Shown here: positions 52,030-62,431 of the stretch, in pieces
Numbering within the stretch: the stretch's first letter is position 1
How the letters are laid out: each line of letters opens with the position of its first letter
Origin: Proteromonas lacertae
Taxonomy: Eukaryota
Direction: 5' to 3'
Assembly (NCBI GenBank): GCA_002245135.1
Contig: NGBS01000599.1
Span: forward strand, 62,001 to 126,000
DNA: 64,000 bases
Made by a program: the position numbers and the translations under genes
The notes under the pieces: model-generated
Databases searched by the model: none
Seen by the model: only the letters and a program-made list of their open reading frames with translations
What the model was told of the DNA's origin: nothing

Positions 52030-53263
52030 CAGTTATTAGATGACTTACCAATCTTAGAATTTGTAAGACAATTGCCTTAGAAGGTTTATGATTTTTAGAT
52101 AAAGATAAGAGAGGTGATTTCAAGGTATGCGAAGATTTGTTCTATTTTGCAGATATGACATATTCAAATGTTCAAGAGGTGGTAGACACAATATTCCAAA
52201 CAGATTAAAGAGATGATTCTTTATATTCAACTTGATTTTACCCACTATTACCATTTTGAAGATGCTATGTAGCATTTAATGAGAGTTACTAGAGTATTAA
52301 ATACACTAAGAGGTAAATCATTATTACTTCAATTATTAGCAGGATTAGATGCTCATATGTTAAGACTTATTCGAATATTTGAAGTTATTGTACAGAATGG
52401 CTGGTCCAGAAAGAAAGAATGTTACATTTATATTCCCTGATAGCGAAATTAAGAAAGAGTGTTTATTCGCAACAAAAGAGATATTTGATCAAGTTCAGTG
52501 AAACAACTACCAAGTTCCCAGCTGTTATTAGTGGTATAATATTGAATAGATGGGAAGCATGCGATGAATACTGAAAAGATGAATGAATTAAATACATCTG
52601 ATACTAAGGTAAACTTAGGTTAAGAAAAAGCAACAGAAGACACTAGTAAATGTATTTCAGTCGCTTAAATGGCATCTCAATGTGAAGCTGATACTGAACG
52701 TATTTCAAAAGAAAAAGCTGCTTGACAATCTAATTTAGATAAAGCCCAATCATTCATAGATAAAGCTATTGATGCTATTAACTCTATTTTACCAGCACAT
52801 ATTACCAAAATTATCAGATTGGTGTTTGATGGTTGTTGTTTATCCACATTGTTCATCTTTAACATTGATGAATAATGCAAACTTCTACAATCATTTGGTG
52901 CTGGAGATGATAGTCCAAAAGATAAAATGAATGAAGAAAGTATAGAATTATTAGAATCATATTTAGAGTTAGATAATTTACATCTGCTACTACTAAGACT
53001 GCTTCAGTAGCATCAAAGATTGTTAAACCAAAATTAAGATATTAGATAAACCATGTGAGTTTGATTTAGATCATTTCAGATTATATTTCATTACATTATT
53101 ACCAAATCCACACCAGAATTTCAAGGTACTAACAACTGCTGATGTTACTAAGAAATCTATTAATGAGAAGAGAGGAAAATATCGTCCAGTTGATACAAGA
53201 GTTTCATGTTTATATTTCAGTATTGTAGATATGAGTAATTGCAATGTCATATATCAACTATAA
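52030..53263 (+). pseudogene. Collapsed fragments of an axonemal-type dynein heavy chain
   Basis: In order: LKLLYRMAGPERKNVTFIFPDSEIK (AAA4), KFPAVISG, LDKAQSFIDKAIDAINSILPAHI…IRLVFD (stalk), INEKRGKYRPVDTRVSCLYFSIVDMS. Confidence 0.75.
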
Positions 53264-53499
53264 GATGAATTATACACCCCAAATTCAACATTTAGATGTT
53301 TATACTTAGGGTTATAATAATTAATATAAGGAGGAAAGAGAAAAAATTGTAGTATATATTTGATGTACTAATGTATGAAATGAAAGAGAGAGTAATGTAA
53401 TTACATACATTTATACTAATCTATTTAAATTCAATACAGTTAGTGAATGCATTCAATTATTAACTCTTGCTAATATATTTTCATATAAAATAGGAATTA

Positions 53500-55141
53500 C
53501 AGTGTTTTGCAACTTACTTATACAATATTTCATAATACTTATACGTAACGACATTTGTTGCAAAATAGATATACAAATCTCAAGCCTTTTCAATAATTTC
53601 TATTCTTTTATTTTACAATGAGCTTATATTATGTTGATACAACACAAACAATACAATTATTAAATATTCATAATATAAATTCTTTTATAATAGGCAAGAA
53701 GTATGGATAGAGCGTTATATATCTATCCTCTTCATAACAGTCCTTTGTATTTTGATATTTATATCTTCAATAGTACTAAAGCATTCAGCTGGGCTGATTG
53801 TAGAAAATGCATTGGTTATACTTTCAAGTGTTTGATTTCTGTTCTGGTAAATAGATGTTTCAGCCCTTTTTTTCCATATACCAAAGATATTTTCTATTGG
53901 GTTAAGAGGACTGGAGTATTTAGCATTGAATAAGAGTTTATTACCAGATCCTTCAATCAGCATTTTAACCTGATCTGAATGATGGATATTTACAATGTCC
54001 ATAAAAAAGCAGAATTTACCCTTTGATTTTAGATCATCTAATAAGTATTTCAAGTATGTTGTAAATACCTCAATACTATTTGGTCCGTAAATGACATCAC
54101 ACCTATGAAAACCTAAATCACTCATAGTAGCTATAATTGTAATATCAGTAGCACCTCTAGCCATATGAACGATTGGTGTTGTTCCTTCGTCAGACCTTGC
54201 ACGTCCATTTACAAGTCCCATACTTCAATGGGTTTCATCTAAGTAAATTGGACGAAAACCATGTCTAGTATAGTATATTAATAATATAATAACTTCTATT
54301 CTTTCCTCTAGTAATGTTGGAATCATTTCTGGTGGAGCTGCTCTGGAATTGTAACGCTTTAAGGTAATGTTCTTACAGTTGTATTCTGTCATTCTTTTGT
54401 TGAGATGTGAAGATTTTTTCTTTTAAACCATTTAAATTGATAGTGTTGTTTTCTTTTACAGTATTTGAAAGCAATAATGACTCATGTTCTGTTAACTTAC
54501 TGCAACGTCCTCGTTTAACGAACTTTTATCAATACACTGCCCTTTATTAAGGAGTCTAATCAATGCTTCTAACCTTTTTGGTTTAATTCCTGTAATTGAT
54601 TGATATGACTGTAAGAGATATTCTCTTCCTTCTTTAGCATATACACGCTTCAGAATATCTATTTGTGTCTGCGATACACTAACATATACTTTTTTTTCCC
54701 TAACTGGCTGATCTCTTTGCTCATGTGTTGGCTCAGCAACATTTGTTATTTCTAATAACTCTTCGTTAGTTAAAAACTCTTCTGGATTTGGCGCCAAAGC
54801 TTTATCACCTTTAGGAACAAACTCTACTGGTGGAGCTGATTGTATATAGTCATTGCGACAATATGAATTGGTTGTATCAACATAATATAAGCTCATTGTA
54901 AAATAAAAGAATAGAAATTTGTGAAAAGGCTTGAGATTTGTATATATATTTTATTTTGCTATTATATATATGTAATATGAAATGGCTTGATAAAAAGTAT
55001 AAGTAATATGCAAAATGGTATAATAGTTATGCAATGGCGTGAATGATTTTTTTTGTTATGCAACGTGGTATATCTATTTTGCAACAAATGTCGTTACTAT
55101 AAGTATTATGAAATATTGTATAAGTAAGTTGCAAAACACTG
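53500..55141. mobile_element. Tc1/IS630-superfamily transposon, 1642 bp, TA TSD
   Basis: Termini CAGTGTTTTGCAAC…GTTGCAAAACACTG flanked by TA (53498-53499 and 55142-55143); transposase inside. Confidence 0.92.
53715..54896 (-). pseudogene. DD34E transposase with stops and frameshifts
   Basis: YLDETH*SMG, FFMDIVNIHH, YSSPLNPIENIFG (34 residues between D and E); broken between 54221 and 54492. Confidence 0.85.
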
Positions 55142-55259
55142 TATTTAAAGAAATAGATGCATTTTATTACGAATTGTGTAAAAGAAATGGAGATGATTAT
55201 GAATATACACATTATACACATATTAACCATATTCGGTGATAAGAACTGCAACAACCACG

Positions 55260-55960
55260 TAATTCCTTATTATTTCTACATAATATAGGGTACAATAGAT
55301 ATAATAACAGTTGTTTACCTTTAGCTGCATCTACTTGAAGATAAATCAGACAGTAAAGATGGTAAAATAATGAAAGAAAGTAAAAATGAGGAGAGTAACA
55401 ACTAGATGTAACAACTCCAGAGATAAAATTACAAGGAGCCGAAATATTTATAAAAGATAACGCTGATAGCTCAGATAAGGTTATTGTTGTAGCATTAAAA
55501 GAAAATGACTAAAAATTCTAAAATAAAGAAATTATTGTGGAACGATATAAGACCAATTTACTTGTTAAAGTGATAATTGAGACTTGTTTATTGAATAGAA
55601 AAGAAATAAAAATAGTATTGAGATTATGTGGTGATGTAGAAGTTTACTCTGCTTTAAACATACAAAGGTTTGTATATCTTTTACTTTATTGAATGACCTA
55701 TTTTAGAAAGTTATAGAAGTAGCTGTACAATATATGAAAAGATTAGTAGAAGGTTATGGAGGTAACTTTACTATAGATGTAAGAAATGCTTTAGAAAGCA
55801 AATTATTAAAGCATGATTCCAAAACATGAAGTAAATCATTCCAAATTCTTAGCTTGTCTCAATGACTGGTAGTTTTATAGATGTATTAGTAAAAGAAGGT
55901 AAAGTAGTAGAAGAAGGTGCAAATTTAGCTATAGTAGAAGCTATGCAAACTGAGAAAAAA
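55260..55960 (+). pseudogene. PCCA: 3' fragment of a propionyl-CoA carboxylase alpha-like biotin carboxylase
   Basis: …SKFLAC/MTGSFIDVLVKEGKVVEEGANLAIVEAMQTE (biotinyl domain, AMK changed to AMQ); putative intron at 55668-55706. Confidence 0.6.
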
Positions 55961-56073
55961 AGACACATTGATGTTATTATGGATTTCTGATTTGTTTTTT
56001 AATAGGACGGCCAAACATAAAATATAGCAAAATAAACAAAGAAATTATATTAGTGACAATATGGGGATTATTA

Positions 56074-56931
56074 TTATTCCGAATCGCTGGGATAACTTGA
56101 TGAATCAGTGGACTCATCATCGCTGCTATAGGAAATGAGGTGATCATATTTATTATTGTGATTATAGCTATTATTACTATTATCTCTAATTCTACTATCA
56201 AAATTCACTCTAAATTCATGATTATATAAATCGATATATAAAAATGAGTGATTACTCTGTTTAGTTGCATAATCATAATATGATTTGAAAACATCAAAAT
56301 CGATCCATATATCTAAACTTGCATACAAATTTCTTAAATTAGCCATACTCAGGTTTTTGAATACTAAACAATAATCAAGCTGTAAACGAACTGAGGGAGT
56401 AATGTCAGTGACATATTGACTTGATATAATTACTTTTGACTTGTAATGACGGTTTGACTTAAGTAATTTTGAAACGGATTTATTTCTTAAATCGAATGAT
56501 ATATCATCGAATATAAATATATTCTCTGGGTAATCATAATTATCTTTGTCTATATCTTTGATATTATCTAATGCTGCATCCAATATATTGACTCTATCTT
56601 CATTCACTACTGAATCATAGCAATGGTACTTAATTTGGTTATACTTGAGCATATCAGTGATTTTCTCATATATGATATCCTTAAATATGGTTGCAACGAA
56701 AAAATACACTACTTGGTCATATCCGTTTTTTAGCAAGTGTTGGATCATATTAAATATAAGTGTAGTCTTACCACTGTTTTTCTTAGCTAAAATAAATATG
56801 TTGCAGAAAGGCTCCTGAAAATAGTCATATCCAAGGACACTATCTTTGGAGCGTTTTCCACATCCTTTGACTACTGTCTCAACAGGATTTATGACTATGT
56901 TGTTTATTTTTTCTAAATTAACTTTACTCAT
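56074..56931 (-). CDS. A32/FtsK-HerA-like genome-packaging ATPase (Polinton/PLV/virophage type)
   Basis: Walker A AKKNSGKTT, Walker B FIFDD, arginine-finger motif NRHY, ISSQY. Confidence 0.88.
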   Translation of the reverse strand: MSKVNLEKINNIVINPVETVVKGCGKRSKDSVLGYDYFQEPFCNIFILAKKNSGKTTLIFNMIQHLLKNGYDQVVYFFVATIFKDIIYEKITDMLKYNQIKYHCYDSVVNEDRVNILDAALDNIKDIDKDNYDYPENIFIFDDISFDLRNKSVSKLLKSNRHYKSKVIISSQYVTDITPSVRLQLDYCLVFKNLSMANLRNLYASLDIWIDFDVFKSYYDYATKQSNHSFLYIDLYNHEFRVNFDSRIRDNSNNSYNHNNKYDHLISYSSDDESTDSSSYPSDSE

Positions 56932-56989
56932 AACAAAAATAACAAAAACATAATTATAAGAAATATAGCCGTTATCGATATTATTATGA

Positions 56990-58920
56990 TTATTTAAAAA
57001 CTACACTTACAATACCACTTCCATTAATAGTGACCCTACGTCCAGTGATGATATAGAAACGATGAGATATATCATTATTAGTAAAGTCATTTTTACCAGG
57101 TGTTGAAAATTCAAAGGTTATTTTCAAATCAGTAGCCAAAGGTCTACCTGCCTGGTTCTTAATGTTGTCCAAATCCTTAGAGCCAAAATTCAATATCTCA
57201 AAGAACTTGTCATTGAATTTTTCATCTTTTCTGAATATATCATACCATGAGTCTTGGAAATATTCACGGACAGTCATGAAGCTATCATAATATTGCATAA
57301 GTGTATAATCTGGCTGATATACAAAATCATTGATCATCCATCTGAACTGTGCATTTTCAGGTATATGTGCATATCTTTCTAGAGCTTCTATCCATGGCCT
57401 ATAGATAATGTAACGAACAAATGGCCCATTGGAACTATTCAATGTGAATGAATAATTGAATATGCCAGAACCATGTGATGGTATTTTAATTTGATGACAT
57501 CTGAAATCATTGAATTGAATAGGTTTTGATAAGCAGTATTGTTTGGTATTATTGTTGCATTGAGTATCCTTGTTGATATAGGCATAGAATTTGAAATTCT
57601 TGAATATTGCTTCATTTATATCAACTTTTGCATGTGACACTGTATAGTTTACAATATCTTTTGTTTGATCATTTTTCATTCTTGCATATTCACCTGGTGT
57701 ATATGATTTTAATAAACCATAATTACTTGTGGTTTGAAAACGAATGCATATATACATTCTCTCTCCAAAGAATACATCACTCTTTAATGCAGCAAATGTA
57801 TTGTAAAATTTACCTAATTGTAATTTGAAATGTAATATAACTGAATCTTTATACTGAACTGCATATGCTGTTGCTGAAGATGCACTAGTATTAGTTTTTA
57901 ATTCAACATATTGTGTATTTGGTTCTACTTTCCACTTATTGATATCTTGGACTTTATAATTATGATTATCATCATCTCAATCTAATTGTATTCCATCATA
58001 GTAATTTTCTTGATAAAAAATATCAGATCTCTTTCTAACTAATTCATCCATAAATACACGATATGGTTCATATGAATCATCAAGCTTGACCAGATCTGTT
58101 CCAGTCTGATTACAAATTCTAAAAGAGGCCAAGCCAAACCCTTCTTTAATTCCTTTTATCATACTCGGATATAAACCTTTACCGACTAAATTACCAGTAC
58201 TACCATCGGTTGCATAGGTACCATCAGGATAAGGATTTAATTTTACTTCGATATCGAATTGGATATACGACTTAGCTAAATTGATAATATTATCTCCACT
58301 TATCTCCCATCTAATCTCTTCTGAATAAGTATTTGTATCCAACTTGTATTCTGATGTTGATCCCATCGGAGACATGTTGTTCCCCGTTGAGTACAACTCC
58401 CCGTTGAGCGATTAGAGACTTTAGAAACAAACTAAATGCATATTCTTACTTATTATGATGAAAAATTGTTACTTTTATACTTACTTTGTCATATAACCTA
58501 TGTCTGCAATATACTTTTTTGATAATTTTAGTATTGTATATATGAAACGCATTTATTTTTATTTTTCGTTTTAGTGTTTCATTCACTACTACAGACTAAA
58601 ATACATTAACTAGTTATGCAACGTGGATGAATTATCTAAGTTAATGTATTTTAGTCTGTAGTAGTGAATGAAACACTAAAACGAAAAATAAAAATAAATG
58701 CGTTTCATATATACAATACTAAAATTATCAAAAAAGTATATTGCAGACATAGGTTATATGACAAAGTAAGTATAAAAGTAACAATTTTTCATCATAATAA
58801 GTAAGAATATGCATTTAGTTTGTTTCTAAAGTCTCTAATCGCTCAACGGGGAGTTGTACTCAACGGGGAACAACAAGACAATCTCACATAATTATAGAAG
58901 GGTAGCATCACAAGGACATC
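56990..58920 (-). pseudogene. Putative double-jelly-roll major capsid protein, interrupted by a MITE, one TGA and a 5' insertion
   Basis: Removing the MITE plus one TSD and reading through the TGA at 57977-57979 gives one ~474-codon frame (YVRLSPMG…IRWEISGDNIINLAKSYIQFDIEV…); adjacent to the packaging ATPase. Confidence 0.65.
58375..58875. mobile_element. Foldback MITE (subfamily B), 501 bp, TSD AGACA
   Basis: 237-bp inverted arms (58375-58611 and 58639-58875), 27-nt loop; AGACA at 58370-58374 and 58876-58880. Confidence 0.95.
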
Positions 58921-59567
58921 TGTTGTTCCCCGTTGAGTACAACTCCCTGTTGAGCGATTAGAAACTTTAGAAACAAACTAATTACATAATGTTATTACTC
59001 ATAATGAGTTATGAAGGGATATAATGTTACCTTGTCATATAAGCTACTTTTGTGAGTAAAAAAATAGTGTCATAATATTGAGAAAAAAACTACATAAATG
59101 AGTGTTAGAATTAATTTATATTTCATATTTTATGTTTTTATTTTAATATGATGTCTAAATAAAAAGTGACAAAATTTAAGGATTTAAGAATTATACCCCT
59201 TCTGACGTCAGTGTTTTCACACAAACTTTCTCAAACTACATTCATTTCATTTTTTTGATTTTAAAACTATTAAAATAGTTTATATTATTGTAATTTAAAT
59301 AATATATATGTATAACCGTAAGAATATCACTGTAGGTGGGTAAACCGTACCAGACTATTCTTAGGTGCCTTCTACAGGTAAGAATAAGCGATTTGAGTGT
59401 AAATTAGTTTTTGGTACGGGTTATACTGGAGGAAGCGGTGAATTTAAATTTCTTTATATATTTTAGTGTATGAGTAATTTTATGGGTTAAAATTTTTTCT
59501 TTTGTTTTTTGTATATAATTTCATTAACTTTTTCTTATTGTTATTTATCAATCATAATTTCAAAAGA

Positions 59568-59921
59568 ATGTCAAGAATTTGGATCGAGAATGTTAATATA
59601 GAAGATAGAAATAAGCGTGAAGATGAAGAATTTGAAAGAATCTATGCAATCATTGAAAGTGAAGTAGCTAGAATAGTAGCTCAACCACCACCACCATCAC
59701 CTCCAGTAGTAATGTGGTATACTTCTGATACAGCTGATGAGGATGATAGAAAGTATGAAGAATGGCGTGCAATTCATAAACCAACCAGAGTAGCACAAGC
59801 AACCATACGTCCTAGAAAATGGGTTGATCCTGAAGAAGAGAGTAGAAAAACAAAGATGTTAAAGCGTTATGGTATTGATGAAAAAAACATCATTGAAGAA
59901 AGACTAAGATTTCATAACTAA
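59568..59921 (+). CDS. Hypothetical protein (element-encoded)
   Basis: ATG-initiated charged, Pro-rich ORF MSRIWIEN…. Confidence 0.6.
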   Translation: MSRIWIENVNIEDRNKREDEEFERIYAIIESEVARIVAQPPPPSPPVVMWYTSDTADEDDRKYEEWRAIHKPTRVAQATIRPRKWVDPEEESRKTKMLKRYGIDEKNIIEERLRFHN

Positions 59922-60049
59922 TTCTTAAATCATTGGTTTTAATTGAATTTTTGTTATTTGATTGGCTGAATTGAAATAAACATAATATTACATAATTCTT
60001 TTCATTCATAAATTTCTTGCGATTTTTGAAATAATTTACATAAATTAAA

Positions 60050-60634
60050 ATGAGTGATATACAAAACGAATTGGATGTTAATATTGAAAAACACTTACAA
60101 GAAGGTGAAATGTATGAGAATGATATGTCTGAAGTAAAATCATTAATTATTAAAGTATTTAAGGATATGTTGGATGGTATGTATTCTGTAGTTGAAGAGT
60201 ATGAAGATGATCCAGAATGGAGTGAACAACCAGGTGATGATATTGATATAACAATGGAAGAAGAAGAAGTGAAGGAAGAAAAACAAAGTGAATCTAAATC
60301 TAAAAAAAGAAAGGATATAACAAAGTCAGATCCAAATTCACAGATATGTAGTACTTGTGGTAAGAAGAAAGCTAATGATGAATTTGGTTATAAGAGTGAA
60401 GGTGTATTCTATAAATCTTGTACAGAGTGTAGAAATAAGAAGAAGAGAAGATATGCAGAAGTAAAGAAAGGAAGTGATAATAGTGGAGAAGATAAGAAGC
60501 GTAAAGTAGAGAGTAGTTCTACCGCCGAGGGTCGACTAAAGGTAGATATTGCTAAAGTAGAAACACCTACAAGTTCTATCCCGGGGGTAGCTACAGTAGA
60601 TCTAACTACATCACCTACTTGTATAATTAATTAA
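60050..60634 (+). CDS. Acidic protein with a CxxC…CxxC zinc ribbon
   Basis: QICSTCGKKK…EF…YKSCTECRNKKKRR. Confidence 0.7.
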   Translation: MSDIQNELDVNIEKHLQEGEMYENDMSEVKSLIIKVFKDMLDGMYSVVEEYEDDPEWSEQPGDDIDITMEEEEVKEEKQSESKSKKRKDITKSDPNSQICSTCGKKKANDEFGYKSEGVFYKSCTECRNKKKRRYAEVKKGSDNSGEDKKRKVESSSTAEGRLKVDIAKVETPTSSIPGVATVDLTTSPTCIIN

Positions 60635-60698
60635 CTTTTGGTTTAAAATTCATTTTTATATTTCTATGCGTTTTTATATATAAATAATTTCACATAAT

Positions 60699-61082
60699 AT
60701 GCCATATAATACATCTTTAGTTATGTTAGGTGATATGAATGATACATTAACAAGTCTAAAGCAAGAAGGTCTTATATTTTTTGTATGTATGTTATTATGG
60801 ATTCTTTATAAAGTTAAAAAGATTGTAGTATGGTTATATCATAGATATTGTCCAGCAGAAATCACTGAGATATTAAATGAACCAGAACCTGTAATAAATA
60901 GAGCTTTAGGTAAATCTACTATTGTTTCTGCTATTCCATTTACTTTAACACCTGAAAATAGTAGAATAAATTCTAGAAATGTTAGTGATAATGAAGATGA
61001 AGAACCATTAGAAACAGAAATAGAAATTATTCCTATTAATAAACCTGAGATTGAAATTCAAAAACCAATCATAAATATTTAA
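60699..61082 (+). CDS. Small single-TM hypothetical protein
   Basis: Hydrophobic segment GLIFFVCMLLWILY followed by an acidic tail. Confidence 0.6.
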   Translation: MPYNTSLVMLGDMNDTLTSLKQEGLIFFVCMLLWILYKVKKIVVWLYHRYCPAEITEILNEPEPVINRALGKSTIVSAIPFTLTPENSRINSRNVSDNEDEEPLETEIEIIPINKPEIEIQKPIINI

Positions 61083-61261
61083 TTTTATATAGTCTTTTTT
61101 CGTATTTGATTTTTGAAAGTTATTTTTTGTACCCCCTTAAAAAAATTACATAAAGAAAAACCGTTTTTTTCATTCACACTTTTCTTACTCATTTTCAGTA
61201 TTTTATTTTTTTCATTTTTTTACTTTAATAGAAAATTAATTATTCAATCATTCAATCAAAA

Positions 61262-62431
61262 ATGCCAGCAGACAGAGTCAAACAACCAACCAATTCAGAA
61301 TTATGCTCTCAGCTCCCTTTAAAGGGACAGGCTTATGAGTTCTATCAGAAAGTGAGTCGTAACATCCAGCATTTAAAGACATTTTGCGATGAAATGTATA
61401 TTCAAAGTTTGGCTTATGATGACAGCAAAAAATCAAAGAAGAAACAAAATCCACCACAATTCAACTATATCGAATTAGAGAAGTCAGCTACAGCAGTTTA
61501 TTATTGCTTTTCATGTAAGTTTGATAATAAGAAGTTAATTCCCATTAAACATCTAGAGACATTAGATCAAAATGAGTATATGAATTTATACTTTAGTGAC
61601 GATGAGATGAAGAGTATAGTAAAACCAAATGTAAAACCGATTAAACCTTTTATTCAACCTCAGTTAAAACAACAACCACAACAAGAACCACCACCACCAA
61701 CTGTACCTCAAAAACCTAAAAGAGTTTATAAAAGAAGAACTGATATTGTAAAGAAACCTAAAACAAAAGCAGTTATTGATAGTGATGATGAATTAATTCA
61801 TTTAAAGAAAAGAAAGATTGTTAAGGATTCTGATTTTGTTGATGAAGAACCAATGGGTATAATTGTGAAAGATAATGAATCAAGAACATCTGCTGATGAT
61901 TTATTAAGTAGTCAAAGTCCTACCTTTACACCTCCAATGTCACCAAGGTCTGATACTACACTTCTTGATGTTACTGATATTGATATACTGGATGCTGAAT
62001 TGAAGTATTTTAATGCTGAATTAACTAAAAAAGATGAAGAAAAACAAAAAGAGATAGAAGAGAAAATTAAACATCAAGATGATGAGAGAAAGAAACAAGA
62101 AGATGAAGAAAAAAAGAAAAAACAACAAGAAGAAGAAAGAGTTAGAAAAGTACAAGAAGAAGCAGAGAGAAAAAGAAAACAAGAAGAAGCAGAAAAGAAA
62201 AGAAAAGAAGAATTAGTTGTTATTAGAATGCTTCAAGAAGAAGAGAATATGAGACAACAAGAAGAGTTAAGAAAGAAATGGGTATTAGAACAAAAGAGAC
62301 AAATGGAAGAAAAGATGAAAAAAGAAAACGATGAATTAGAAAAGAAAATGGAAGAAGAGTTTAAGAAGAGAATTGAAGAAGAGAAAAGAAAGAAAGCTGA
62401 AGAGTTTGAGAAGATGATGAAGAACTTATAA
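61262..62431 (+). CDS. Hypothetical protein with a C-terminal E/K/R-rich helix
   Basis: 389-aa intact ORF. Confidence 0.7.
   Translation: MPADRVKQPTNSELCSQLPLKGQAYEFYQKVSRNIQHLKTFCDEMYIQSLAYDDSKKSKKKQNPPQFNYIELEKSATAVYYCFSCKFDNKKLIPIKHLETLDQNEYMNLYFSDDEMKSIVKPNVKPIKPFIQPQLKQQPQQEPPPPTVPQKPKRVYKRRTDIVKKPKTKAVIDSDDELIHLKKRKIVKDSDFVDEEPMGIIVKDNESRTSADDLLSSQSPTFTPPMSPRSDTTLLDVTDIDILDAELKYFNAELTKKDEEKQKEIEEKIKHQDDERKKQEDEEKKKKQQEEERVRKVQEEAERKRKQEEAEKKRKEELVVIRMLQEEENMRQQEELRKKWVLEQKRQMEEKMKKENDELEKKMEEEFKKRIEEEKRKKAEEFEKMMKNL

Noticed and set aside
54225..57979. UGA=Trp recoding or readthrough suggested by in-frame TGA in the transposase (DETH*) and the capsid gene
   Set aside because: Intact genes use TGG for Trp and TGA as a true stop (e.g. 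10938), and these ORFs have other lesions; ordinary nonsense mutations are simpler.
59310..59441. Twister or hammerhead ribozyme call
   Set aside because: Only a superficial 3' resemblance (TGGAGG…GCGG); I could not place the catalytic-core motifs, so it is kept only as an unclassified structure.
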